Source: Bdellovibrionales bacterium
GTDB lineage: Bacteria; Bdellovibrionota; Bdellovibrionia; Bdellovibrionales; UBA1609
Length of the DNA: 64,000 nt
NCBI GenBank assembly: GCA_023301025.1
Contig: JALZUR010000010.1
Location: forward strand, 17,791-81,790
Direction: 5' to 3'
Part shown: in pieces, positions 55,567 through 64,000 of the stretch
Numbering within the stretch: the first letter of the stretch is position 1
How the letters are laid out: each line of letters begins with the position of its first letter
Program-made: the position numbers and the translations under genes
Notes under the pieces: generated by a model
What the model was told of the DNA's origin: nothing
The model's input: the letters and a program-made list of their open reading frames with translations, nothing else
Database searches by the model: none

Positions 55567-55594
55567 AGGCAAGGTGACAAAAATTGCCTTTTTT
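55567..55594 (+). terminator. Possible rho-independent terminator
   Basis: AGGCAA / TTGCCT stem with an 11-nt loop, followed by a T-run. Confidence 0.5.
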
Positions 55595-55639
55595 CAGGTT
55601 ATTTGGTATTAATTGCACATACGAAGGAAACCAACACAT

Positions 55640-56155
55640 ATGACTACTACTGAATCTAATATTGACCCAACAACAACAGCTCCTATAGAGCAGGCGAAAA
55701 CTGCTATAACAGCTGAAAACACAGAAGTAGCAGAGGCCTCGGCTGATGCACCTGAACCTACTACTTCGGCAGTAGTAGAAGAGGCTTCAAGAGAAGTTGA
55801 TCTAAGTCAGGTGGACAATATCTTAGATTTAGAAGAGGTTGAGTACCCTCAGTTTACACTAGCAAAGAACAAAGCACGTTTCTTAAGAATGCTTACTTGG
55901 TACAGAAACACTAGAGAGTGGCTAGATGTTGCACCCTTAAGCCAAGTGACTAAAACATTTAAAAGCCAATCTAAAGAATTAGAGACTATTAGAGCTAATA
56001 AGCTTGATTATGAAATGGAGCTTGAAACAGGCACTCTAACACCAAGTCAAAGATCTTATAAAAAAGATGAGCTTAAGATGTGTAAGGTTCAAGAAAAAAT
56101 GTCTGTCCAGTTGATCACTAAGATGCAGATCAAGATCAAATCAGGTCGTAGATAA
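55640..56155 (+). CDS. Hypothetical protein (acidic Thr/Ala/Glu-rich N-terminus)
   Basis: The ATG at 55640 is preceded by GAAGGAAA, and a terminator follows the gene. I recognised no motifs. Confidence 0.5.
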   Translation: MTTTESNIDPTTTAPIEQAKTAITAENTEVAEASADAPEPTTSAVVEEASREVDLSQVDNILDLEEVEYPQFTLAKNKARFLRMLTWYRNTREWLDVAPLSQVTKTFKSQSKELETIRANKLDYEMELETGTLTPSQRSYKKDELKMCKVQEKMSVQLITKMQIKIKSGRR

Positions 56156-56174
56156 TCAATATAAGTTTTCGATA

Positions 56175-56200
56175 AAAGAGGTTTTTTAAACCTCTTTTTT
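56175..56200 (+). terminator. Rho-independent terminator
   Basis: AAAGAGGTTT-TTT-AAACCTCTTT perfect 10-bp stem followed by a T-run. Confidence 0.7.
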
Positions 56201-56261
56201 ATTGTCTTAGGCACATGATTTTTTGAGCCTGAAAAAGGGGGGAAGAGTTTGGAGGCTCTTC

Positions 56262-56789
56262 ATGTTTATAAGAGTTTTAAGTTTTTCACTACTATTTCTA
56301 ATAGCTTCACCTGCATATTCGCTTACAGGGGCTAATAACACTCTTTTTGAATTCTACCTTACATCTTATATAAATAATGAGCCTTCGAAAAATGAGCTGA
56401 TTCAAGAGATTATGAACAGCAGGGGTATTGAAGAGGTTAACTATAAAATTTCACAGCTCATATACAAAATTTCAGAAAATAGAAGTCTTACAGCTGATCA
56501 AAAAGACTCTTTAATTAACTCTATACTTGGAGCTCTTTATCCAAAAGATCTCGATGCAAAACTTATGAAAAATAAAGCCAACAGAGCTATTATTTTAACA
56601 GTTAATACTCTGCTTAATATTTTTGGTTTTAATTTTGTGACCTATAAACTGTTATATTATCTAGTACGTAAAAACCCTGATTTTGCAGAAATTAAAGTCT
56701 TAATTTTATCTTCGCATATTATAAAAAAAACTTTTATCCCTGCATTTGATAAAAATACAAAAGGTATGGAGCTTAGAATGTTTAAGTGA
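56262..56789 (+). CDS. Hypothetical secreted/membrane protein
   Basis: The ATG at 56262 is preceded by GGAGG. Signal peptide MFIRVLSFSLLFLIASPAYS and one C-terminal hydrophobic segment. Confidence 0.5.
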   Translation: MFIRVLSFSLLFLIASPAYSLTGANNTLFEFYLTSYINNEPSKNELIQEIMNSRGIEEVNYKISQLIYKISENRSLTADQKDSLINSILGALYPKDLDAKLMKNKANRAIILTVNTLLNIFGFNFVTYKLLYYLVRKNPDFAEIKVLILSSHIIKKTFIPAFDKNTKGMELRMFK

Positions 56790-56973
56790 AAAACTTTATT
56801 GTCTAAAGATTTGACAGATCATGGGCCTAGATTGTGTTCTAGAGTGTTGTTTTTGTAAGACTATTATTTAGACTGTCTGAGAATAGAAGCTAAAACAATA
56901 AAAAACTCTTTATTAAATCAGAATACCAACCGATGGGTACTGTGACTAATAATTTTAATATGAGGGTTTTTTA

Positions 56974-57366
56974 ATGTCTAGATCTCAAGTTTTGGTTGTT
57001 TCTGATGACCAAGAAGTAATACAAAAAGCAAGAAATTTTGCTTACAGCATGGGTGTTAACCTTGAAATTTACTCTGTTTTTCAGTGGGAAGAGATGGAAA
57101 GAAAAAAATCTTTCAATTCATTTGCAAATACTGTTGGCGGTAATGATCAAAATGTAATTCCTTTTCCAGGTCAATTGCAAGCGAATGATAATGTTAAAAC
57201 AATCAACGAGCTTGAGTCTATTGCTATTGAAAATGCAATTCATAAATTTAACGGAAACCTTACTGAAGCTGCAAAAGCTTTAGGTATAGGAAGAGCTACT
57301 CTTTACAGAAAAGTAAAGCAGTATAATATAGATCCTTCTATTGCTAGAAAAAATAGAGCAGCCTAA
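56974..57366 (+). CDS. Fis-type HTH DNA-binding protein with truncated receiver-like N-terminus
   Basis: C-terminal HTH is NGNLTEAAKALGIGRATLYRKVKQY. The N-terminal VLVVSDDQEV resembles beta1 of a receiver domain, but the rest of that domain is absent. Confidence 0.7.
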   Translation: MSRSQVLVVSDDQEVIQKARNFAYSMGVNLEIYSVFQWEEMERKKSFNSFANTVGGNDQNVIPFPGQLQANDNVKTINELESIAIENAIHKFNGNLTEAAKALGIGRATLYRKVKQYNIDPSIARKNRAA

Positions 57367-57397
57367 TATTAACTAAACCTATAATTAGAATCTTTTC

Positions 57398-58555
57398 ATG
57401 AAAAAGCTACAGCACTATACTTTATATATGCTCGTAGCTTTTACTGTTTTTATAACAGCCAGATACACGCATCTCTATCAAGGACATAAAGAAATATGCG
57501 AGACTCTTGATTCAAAATTCGTAGAAGTCTTAAGCGTGCAAGATAAAAAAAACTGTTATGATGTTTTTTCTAAATCTTTTACTTTTAAAGGATGGGAAAA
57601 AGACATGAACTCATGGCTTGGCCAATGGGGCTGGTCGCATCTTATGGTCTATGCTCCTTTTAAAACTAATGAGATATGGGAGTCTAAAACTAAAAGCATA
57701 GGTGTAAAATTAAAGATATTAAAAGGCGAGTATGTTGCTGTACGTGTTCATAAAGATTCTTTATTTCAAAGGGGAGATGTTTTTAAAAGTGTAAATGATA
57801 AAACAAACTTAAATACATCTCTAATTTTGTATGAAGGTGGACATTACACGGTAGAACGTTCAAAAAAATTAATTCTCATAAAAGCTAGACCGAAAGACTT
57901 TGTTTGGAATGATGCTGTTGTGATTGAAGGTTCTTATTTTAAGGTTCCTTCATTTAGAGGCGAGTTTTTTTTAGATGAGAATATGAATTCTTTTATTAAA
58001 AAACTTAAAGCTTATAACTCCGATGTTTTGTATCTAGATCTTAGAGGAAACTATGGTGGTAACATTGCTTCAGGACTTCTATTCTTATCTTTCTTTCTTT
58101 GTGATGAACCTGTGGTAGGACAGTTTCATGTGCCTAAAAATAAAGGAAAAGGTAAAGCTTTTTATCCACACACAGTGGATCAGAATACACAAATAAGAGT
58201 AGTAAATAGCAGTGAATTTATTGACTTAAAAGTGCCAAAATCTAAATTTTGTTACAAAAGACCTGTAAAGGTTTTAGTAGATTCAATTACTGCTTCTACG
58301 GCAGAGCTTGTAGCTCTTGCTTTAAGAGAGCAAAAACAAAGCTCTTTAGTTGGTGTGCTAACTTCTGGTCAAATGGTTTTAAGCAGTTGGGAGGCTGTAA
58401 GAAACTTTCCGCAAGGCTTTTCATATTCATTTCCCTACGCAACGTATTTAAGTGCAAAAGGTAAAGAAATTGAAACTTTTGGGGTACTTCCTGATGTTGA
58501 AAAAAACTATGACTTTGAACTTGAACGTAAAGGCTTAGATAGTTTTATCTATTGA
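57398..58555 (+). CDS. S41-family peptidase-like protein
   Basis: N-terminal TM/signal segment, LDLRGNYGGN and DSITASTAELVALAL. These correspond to the S41 GGG and Ser motifs seen in Prc at 8522-10639. Confidence 0.65.
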   Translation: MKKLQHYTLYMLVAFTVFITARYTHLYQGHKEICETLDSKFVEVLSVQDKKNCYDVFSKSFTFKGWEKDMNSWLGQWGWSHLMVYAPFKTNEIWESKTKSIGVKLKILKGEYVAVRVHKDSLFQRGDVFKSVNDKTNLNTSLILYEGGHYTVERSKKLILIKARPKDFVWNDAVVIEGSYFKVPSFRGEFFLDENMNSFIKKLKAYNSDVLYLDLRGNYGGNIASGLLFLSFFLCDEPVVGQFHVPKNKGKGKAFYPHTVDQNTQIRVVNSSEFIDLKVPKSKFCYKRPVKVLVDSITASTAELVALALREQKQSSLVGVLTSGQMVLSSWEAVRNFPQGFSYSFPYATYLSAKGKEIETFGVLPDVEKNYDFELERKGLDSFIY

Positions 58556-58562
58556 TGTGGTT

Positions 58563-59069
58563 CTAAATTTTTTGAGCTAAGACCTTTTTGCTTTGCTTTT
58601 TGCGGTAGTCTTCAAGCTTTTTGAATATATTTTTTTTAGAAGTAGCGATAATTCTTAAGGCAAGAAGAGCTGCATTTGTTGAATTATCGATAGCAACTGT
58701 GGCAACGGGCACACCTTTTGGCATTTGTGAAATAGACAAATAAGAGTCTAAGCCTTTTAGAGAAGTGATATTAATTGGGACACCGACAACAGGAAGGGCT
58801 GTGTATGAAGCCATCATCCCAGGTAAATGAGCAGCTCCACCAGCACCAGCAATCACGACTTTTACTCCCTTTTTCTCAGATGCCTTTACGAAGCGTTTCA
58901 TAAGATCAGGGGTTCTATGAGCAGAAACTACTTTAGACTCATAGGGAACTTTGAATTCGTCTAAAATTTTCATAGCTTTTGTCATAATAGGCAGATCAGA
59001 TGTGCTTCCCATGACAATTGAAACGAGTGGATTAACGGTTTTTTTTGAAGTGTTTTGCTTTGTTTTCAT
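58563..59069 (-). CDS. purE: N5-carboxyaminoimidazole ribonucleotide mutase
   Basis: IVMGSTSDLPIM, VSAHRTP and GAGGAAHLPGM motifs. Confidence 0.95.
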   Translation of the reverse strand: MKTKQNTSKKTVNPLVSIVMGSTSDLPIMTKAMKILDEFKVPYESKVVSAHRTPDLMKRFVKASEKKGVKVVIAGAGGAAHLPGMMASYTALPVVGVPINITSLKGLDSYLSISQMPKGVPVATVAIDNSTNAALLALRIIATSKKNIFKKLEDYRKKQSKKVLAQKI

Positions 59070-59154
59070 AAGTACTCTATTGAGTTTGATGTGTTGTTTT
59101 TATTCTAGTTAGTTTTGGGGTTAAATAAACTTAAAGTTTTAATTTTGTTATTTG

Positions 59155-60237
59155 CTATAGTGTTTGTTTGCCTGCTTCTTTTAAAGCAGTCTTTAAGGCT
59201 AAGTCCGAACTCTTATCAATGCATGTAATGTGCCCCATTTTCCTACCTTTTCTGTTTTCTGTTTTACCATACCAGTGAAGAGAAGCTTTATCTGTAGCAT
59301 TAATCACTGGCTTTTTGGTGTTTGATCCAATCAAATTTACCATAGCAAAACCAAGATTAGAATGAGCTTTTTTAGGAAGTTTTTCTCCCATAACAGCTAA
59401 AAGGTGCAAATCAAATTGAGAAAGATTGAGAGCTTCAATACTGTAGTGACCAGAGTTATGAACCCTCGGGGCGATTTCATTTATAAGAAGGCTTTTGTTT
59501 TTAAGTTCAAAAAGTTCGAAAGTAAGAAGCCCAATGTAATCAAGATCTTTCATCATTTTTTTTGCTTTTTTTAATAGATCTTCAAAGTTTTTGTTTTTCA
59601 CAGGACCTTTAACCCAAAAGCACTTTGAGTCTTTTTGCTTGGTTTCAACTAAAGGTAGAGTGCAAAAACTGTTCTCTTTGCTACGCACCAAAGAAAATGC
59701 AAGCTCTTTTGAAAAATTAATGTGATCTTCAATGATCCAGTCATTATGAATGGGGTTTGTGTTCATAAAGTTTGTAAAAGAGTTTTTGTTTTTTACAATT
59801 TCAGTGCCATAGCCGTCATAACCAAAAAGACGTTTTTTTAAAACACTTGGTTTTTTAAAAGTATTATCAGATGTAAGTAATGAAAAAGGAGAGGTTGAGA
59901 GTTTGTAATTTTCAAGTGTTTGTTTTTGTGTAAGGCGATCTCTAAATAGGTTTATGTTTTTAGGTGAAGGTTGAATTTTTTGACTTTTAACACTTTTTAG
60001 GTCGACAAATTCACTTTCAGTTGTGATCCAATCGCAGGTTTTCAACCAGCTAATAAGTGCCTTTTTGTCTGAGTGAGAGCCTAAAGTAACTTTACCTGCG
60101 AGGCTTGAGGCTGGCTCATCTAAAGAGTGTGTAAAAATATGAGTTTTTAGTCCCCACTTCTGAGCAGATAGAATAAGCATTTTTGCTAGCTGCCCACCAC
60201 CAATGATTCCTAAGGTTTTTTGAAATTTAAAACTCAT
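59155..60237 (-). CDS. purK: N5-carboxyaminoimidazole ribonucleotide synthase
   Basis: IIGGGQLA N-terminus and ATP-grasp body, adjacent to purE. I chose the ATG at 60237. Confidence 0.9.
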   Translation of the reverse strand: MSFKFQKTLGIIGGGQLAKMLILSAQKWGLKTHIFTHSLDEPASSLAGKVTLGSHSDKKALISWLKTCDWITTESEFVDLKSVKSQKIQPSPKNINLFRDRLTQKQTLENYKLSTSPFSLLTSDNTFKKPSVLKKRLFGYDGYGTEIVKNKNSFTNFMNTNPIHNDWIIEDHINFSKELAFSLVRSKENSFCTLPLVETKQKDSKCFWVKGPVKNKNFEDLLKKAKKMMKDLDYIGLLTFELFELKNKSLLINEIAPRVHNSGHYSIEALNLSQFDLHLLAVMGEKLPKKAHSNLGFAMVNLIGSNTKKPVINATDKASLHWYGKTENRKGRKMGHITCIDKSSDLALKTALKEAGKQTL

Positions 60238-60252
60238 AGCTTTTAATAATAC

Positions 60253-61332
60253 ATGTTGAAGTCTTGTCAAACTTCTTCTTTTGCTTCAAAAGAGGCTATG
60301 TTATCTGAACTCTCCAACTTTCCAGTGTGTTTGGCCCCTATGGTGGGTTTATCTCACGTAGCCATGAGAATGGCTCTTCGCCACTATTTGCCAGAAGATG
60401 CAAAAACTATTTGGCCCACAGAGATGCTCTCAAGCTTTAAGCTTCCAAAGCAAAACTTAAAGTCTGTGTCTATGCTTAATAAAGCAGAGAGTGAGGTTGA
60501 TTTAGTTCCACAAATTTTAGGAAATGAAAAAGAACCTATCGAAACCTCAATGGATATGCTCAAAACGTATGGGGCTAAGGGTATTGATATTAATATGGGC
60601 TGCCCGGTTAAAAAGGCCTTAAAATACAATTATGGGGTTTCACTTATGGGTGATCCTGAATATGCAGCTACAGTAGTCTCATACGCTGTAAACAGCCCTT
60701 CAAAACTTCCCGTGTCCGTAAAGTTTAGAGCAGGTTTCCAAAAAGATACGTCAGTACTGTTGGATTTCTCAAAAGGAATTGAGGCTTCAGGGGCATCATG
60801 GGTGACACTACATCCAAGGTTCTCTGATCAAAAAAGAAGAGGTAGGGCTGATTGGAGTCAAATTGCTTTTTTAAAAAGTAAGCTATCAATACCTGTTGTT
60901 GGAAACGGAGATATTGAAACCTTAGATGATCTAATTAATATGAAAGAAGAAACAGGCTGCGATATGGTTATGATTGGACGAGCGCTAACTTTAAGACCTT
61001 GGCTTTTTTGGCAACTGGGGGAGCATCTTTCATTAAAAGATCCGGAGTTTTTTAAAGGCAAAGAGTCTCCTAAAACAAGTTTAGAAGAGGGTGAAGAACT
61101 TGGGCGACATATGCTACGTCTTTTGGATTATCATTATCAATATTTTGATGAAACAGAAGCTTTAAAAAAGTTTTTGTTCTATATCAAAGTCATGCACTCA
61201 TGGCTTATGTTTGGTCATGATCTTTATAGAAGAAGCACTATGTGCAAAGATAAAAAAAATTTAGAGCTTTTAATAAAAGACTTTTTTTCAAGACCTCAAG
61301 CCGTTATGAAAAAGTCTAAAAGTCGATACTGA
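60253..61332 (+). CDS. tRNA-dihydrouridine synthase
   Basis: LAPMVGLSH, IDINMGCP and HPR motifs. An alternative start at 60298 (MLSELS) is possible. Confidence 0.85.
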   Translation: MLKSCQTSSFASKEAMLSELSNFPVCLAPMVGLSHVAMRMALRHYLPEDAKTIWPTEMLSSFKLPKQNLKSVSMLNKAESEVDLVPQILGNEKEPIETSMDMLKTYGAKGIDINMGCPVKKALKYNYGVSLMGDPEYAATVVSYAVNSPSKLPVSVKFRAGFQKDTSVLLDFSKGIEASGASWVTLHPRFSDQKRRGRADWSQIAFLKSKLSIPVVGNGDIETLDDLINMKEETGCDMVMIGRALTLRPWLFWQLGEHLSLKDPEFFKGKESPKTSLEEGEELGRHMLRLLDYHYQYFDETEALKKFLFYIKVMHSWLMFGHDLYRRSTMCKDKKNLELLIKDFFSRPQAVMKKSKSRY

Positions 61333-61366
61333 TACTGTTGTTAAGCACTGGTATTGATCAAAAGCT

Positions 61367-61606
61367 TTAGAGCTTTCCATCAGCATTTAAGGCTGATAGT
61401 TCACTAAAGCCACCAATAAAACTATCATCAATAAAAATCTGCGGAACAGTTCTTTGACCTGTTTTTTCTCTGAGTTTTACAAGTTCATCATCTTTTCCGT
61501 CTAAGTTTATCTCGGTAAATTCTAAGCCTTTTTCAGCAAGTAGATTTTTAGCACGGACGCAAAATGGGCAATAGCCCCAAGTGTATATTTCAATTTTTTT
61601 TGACAT
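61367..61606 (-). CDS. grxC: Glutaredoxin
   Basis: CPFC active site, TVPQIFI and GGFSEL. Confidence 0.9.
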   Translation of the reverse strand: MSKKIEIYTWGYCPFCVRAKNLLAEKGLEFTEINLDGKDDELVKLREKTGQRTVPQIFIDDSFIGGFSELSALNADGKL

Positions 61607-61646
61607 AGTATTTTAAAGCCTTTTACTCTCTTCGAGTGATGTGGGT

Positions 61647-63485
61647 TTAGACGTGATTGATTTTAACTTCAAGTTCATTCTTAAGTATGTTTTCTAATTC
61701 CGACGGTTCAGCACTGGGACTTTTTCTACCACTCCCGATAAAAACCTCTTCAAATTCAATATTCTTCCTTAATGTTTGTAGAGCTTCAACTAATGTTCCC
61801 GGAAAAATCTTTACTCTAATTATCATATCTACATCTTGATTGATAGGGACAATCTGTTGAGATACAACTCTTTGTAAAAGTTCGTAAAAGAAGCCTGATT
61901 GATCATGATTGTCTTCAGCGTGAACAATGACTAGTTCGGTAGGCTCATAGTTTTCATTCTTCTTTATTTTTTTAATAGTGGTGTTTATTAAATGCCTGGC
62001 CCCTGTACCACCTGTGCACAAGATATGTTTTTTAAGATTTTCAGGAAGAGAGGCTAGACCAGAGTATTTGCCCGTCCCAAGTCGTAAATCAGAGCGGTTT
62101 TCTAGGCGATCTTCTAAAACACCCCAGCGGTAAAAAGCCATCACAAGTAAAATCATAGAGATAAGTTGCAAAAGCATAGATCTTTCTTGTCCTGTCGAAT
62201 GCATAAATAAAGTGAGTTGCGCAATAAACAAAAGAACACCAGAAAAAAGAGGAATAACAGGAATGCTAAAGTTTTTAGTTTTTAAAATCCATTGGCTCAA
62301 ATAACCACTCGGACAATTTTTTCTAAGATTTTTATTTCTTTGAAGCACAACACCAATACAAAAGCTCACCATGACACCTAAAAATGAAATTTCGTATACC
62401 TTTGCTAAGATCTTTACTTCTCCAGCAACAAAGGCGCACATCATCAAAGCTATTATCATAAAAGGAAAAGCAATCATCGGGTAACCCTGAATAGAAGGCA
62501 CTTTATGCGCAACACGTTTTAGCATAAACTGTGGAAGGTTTCCCTGCTTAGCCATGGTAGTAGCTAAACCAATAAAGCCAACAAAAGCTGTGTTTGTAGC
62601 TGCAAAAAGAGTTAGGGTTGCGTCAACCACAATAACTGTAAGTAAAAAGCGGCCTCCTAATTTTTGACAAAGTACAGAGAGTAAAGAGTCTAAGTTTCCG
62701 TTCACCTCATCTTGAGTAAGTAGCGCTAAACATAAAAATGAAATGGCTGGTGCAGTAAGAGAAACCAAAATAACAACTGTACGGTATAAAAGTCTTACGG
62801 TTTTTAAAGCTGGCTGTTCAAGTTCTTCAACAATTTGTGCAGCAGATTCAAAACCAGTTATACCTAAAAAGCCAGCTGCAAGTCCGTAAATTAAAAGATT
62901 AAAATTAAGGGGACCATTTGGTGTTCTAAACTCTTTAAAAGACGTAAAATCAAGGTCGGTCCAATTAAGTGCTAAATAGCCAAAACCCCAAAGAGATATC
63001 ACAATTAAGAGTGCAAAGTGAAAGCCCGCAATTAGAGTTACAAGCTTTGCTGGTTCTTTTATACCCTTGGTGTTAAGAAGTGCAAAAAGAACAATTGGGA
63101 TAAAAGCAAGAAGTACAATTGTTGATCCACTAAGACCCTGGGGCCAAAGAGAGGATAGGTAGTAAGCCCCTGATAAAGAGCTTACAGCAGCCGTTGCAAG
63201 ATAGGACACAACGGTAAGAGCTCCTGCAAGAACAGAAGCCTGTCTACCAAGAGTTCTTAGGATCATAGAGTACGCACCCCCGTTATAAGGGGATAGGGCA
63301 AGACCTTCTTCGTAGGTCTTTTTAAAGGCCCACATAAGTAGACATACAGTCATTACGACAAAGGGGGCAAAGTATCCGACTATGGGAAAAAGAATACCTG
63401 TTCCATAAAAAACAGAAGTTCCAATATCAGCACCTACAACACCAGCAGCTATGATCCAATTTAGAGATGTTTTTTGACTGTCCAC
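61647..63485 (-). CDS. APC-superfamily amino acid permease with a cytoplasmic C-terminal domain
   Basis: About 12 TM helices plus a ~150-aa soluble C-terminal alpha/beta-like region. GTG start preceded by GGAGG. Confidence 0.75.
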   Translation of the reverse strand: MDSQKTSLNWIIAAGVVGADIGTSVFYGTGILFPIVGYFAPFVVMTVCLLMWAFKKTYEEGLALSPYNGGAYSMILRTLGRQASVLAGALTVVSYLATAAVSSLSGAYYLSSLWPQGLSGSTIVLLAFIPIVLFALLNTKGIKEPAKLVTLIAGFHFALLIVISLWGFGYLALNWTDLDFTSFKEFRTPNGPLNFNLLIYGLAAGFLGITGFESAAQIVEELEQPALKTVRLLYRTVVILVSLTAPAISFLCLALLTQDEVNGNLDSLLSVLCQKLGGRFLLTVIVVDATLTLFAATNTAFVGFIGLATTMAKQGNLPQFMLKRVAHKVPSIQGYPMIAFPFMIIALMMCAFVAGEVKILAKVYEISFLGVMVSFCIGVVLQRNKNLRKNCPSGYLSQWILKTKNFSIPVIPLFSGVLLFIAQLTLFMHSTGQERSMLLQLISMILLVMAFYRWGVLEDRLENRSDLRLGTGKYSGLASLPENLKKHILCTGGTGARHLINTTIKKIKKNENYEPTELVIVHAEDNHDQSGFFYELLQRVVSQQIVPINQDVDMIIRVKIFPGTLVEALQTLRKNIEFEEVFIGSGRKSPSAEPSELENILKNELEVKINHV

Positions 63486-63526
63486 TTCTTTTGCCTCCAG
63501 ACATTTTATGTAGTCTACTTCAGCTT

Positions 63527-64000
63527 ATGTCTTCTGAAAACATAGAATGCCCCTTATGTTCTAGTCTTGAAACTCTTAATATTAAAATTGCTTATAAATG
63601 CATCTCTTGTGAGTTGATCTTTAAAAAAAAGAGCCATCATTTGAGCCTTGAGCTTGAAAAAAAGAGATATGAAACTCACAATAACTCTGTTGAAGATAAA
63701 AACTATCTTAAGTATCTAAAAAAGCTACTAGACTTAAACCCAGAGCTTAAGAGTCCGGTTCTGGATTACGGTTGTGGTCCAACTCAAGGGCTTAAAGCAT
63801 TACTTAAAATTGAAAAGCCTCTGCTTGAAGTTGTAAGCTATGATCCCATTTTTTTTAATAAAGAGTTAAATAAAAATCACTTTAGAACAATCTATGCATC
63901 AGAATGTGTTGAGCACTTTAACTCTCCAAAAGAGTCTTTAAAAAAGATGATTGATTTAATGTCTAAAGATTCGTGTTTGATGATTCGCACAGAGCTTTAC
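63527..64000 (+). CDS. SAM-dependent methyltransferase (partial, runs off the window)
   Basis: N-terminal CPLC...C..C zinc-ribbon-like motif, then VLDYGCGP motif I. The frame is open to the window end (158 codons). Confidence 0.6.
   Translation, partial: MSSENIECPLCSSLETLNIKIAYKCISCELIFKKKSHHLSLELEKKRYETHNNSVEDKNYLKYLKKLLDLNPELKSPVLDYGCGPTQGLKALLKIEKPLLEVVSYDPIFFNKELNKNHFRTIYASECVEHFNSPKESLKKMIDLMSKDSCLMIRTELY

Overview
AT-rich chromosomal segment from a Gram-negative bacterium. The evidence for Gram-negative origin is the LPS and outer-membrane genes lpxD, an LpxL-family acyltransferase, gmhB, a FadL-type porin, an RND pump and Prc. It is densely coded with about 60 CDS, mostly housekeeping: infA, topA, acnA, purEK, recO, tsaC, a 2-oxoacid dehydrogenase E1 alpha/beta pair, dus and grx. 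There is one tRNA-Arg(TCT). I saw no rRNA, CRISPR array, IS element or prophage. The many signal-peptide proteins and secreted proteases (one S8, two S41), together with lysine-rich tails on nucleic-acid-binding proteins, are reminiscent of predatory Bdellovibrionota (Bacteriovorax/Halobacteriovorax-like). That taxonomic placement is inference only. The most interesting content is as follows. (1) An uncharacterised family of three paralogous secreted proteins at 29957-31252, 42435-43826 and 43829-45217, each with exactly one Cys placed just after the signal peptide. One copy lies next to a sensor-less sigma-54 activator and a translationally coupled unknown-protein/S8-protease pair. The other two lie in tandem directly downstream of the tRNA. 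(2) A lipoprotein with a polysaccharide-lyase-like domain (50397-51822) that is disrupted twice: by an A10 tract immediately after its ATG and by a single in-frame TAA. This is either phase variation or a pseudogene. (3) A GYF-PilZ gene divergent from an orphan ParA plus a small beta-sandwich-like partner. (4) An orphan intrinsic terminator or composite hairpin in a divergent intergenic region, which is an sRNA or leader candidate. (5) A tight E1alpha-E1beta-methyltransferase-membrane-SDR operon with no E2/E3 genes. All functional calls come from motif recognition in the supplied translations; no database search was run.
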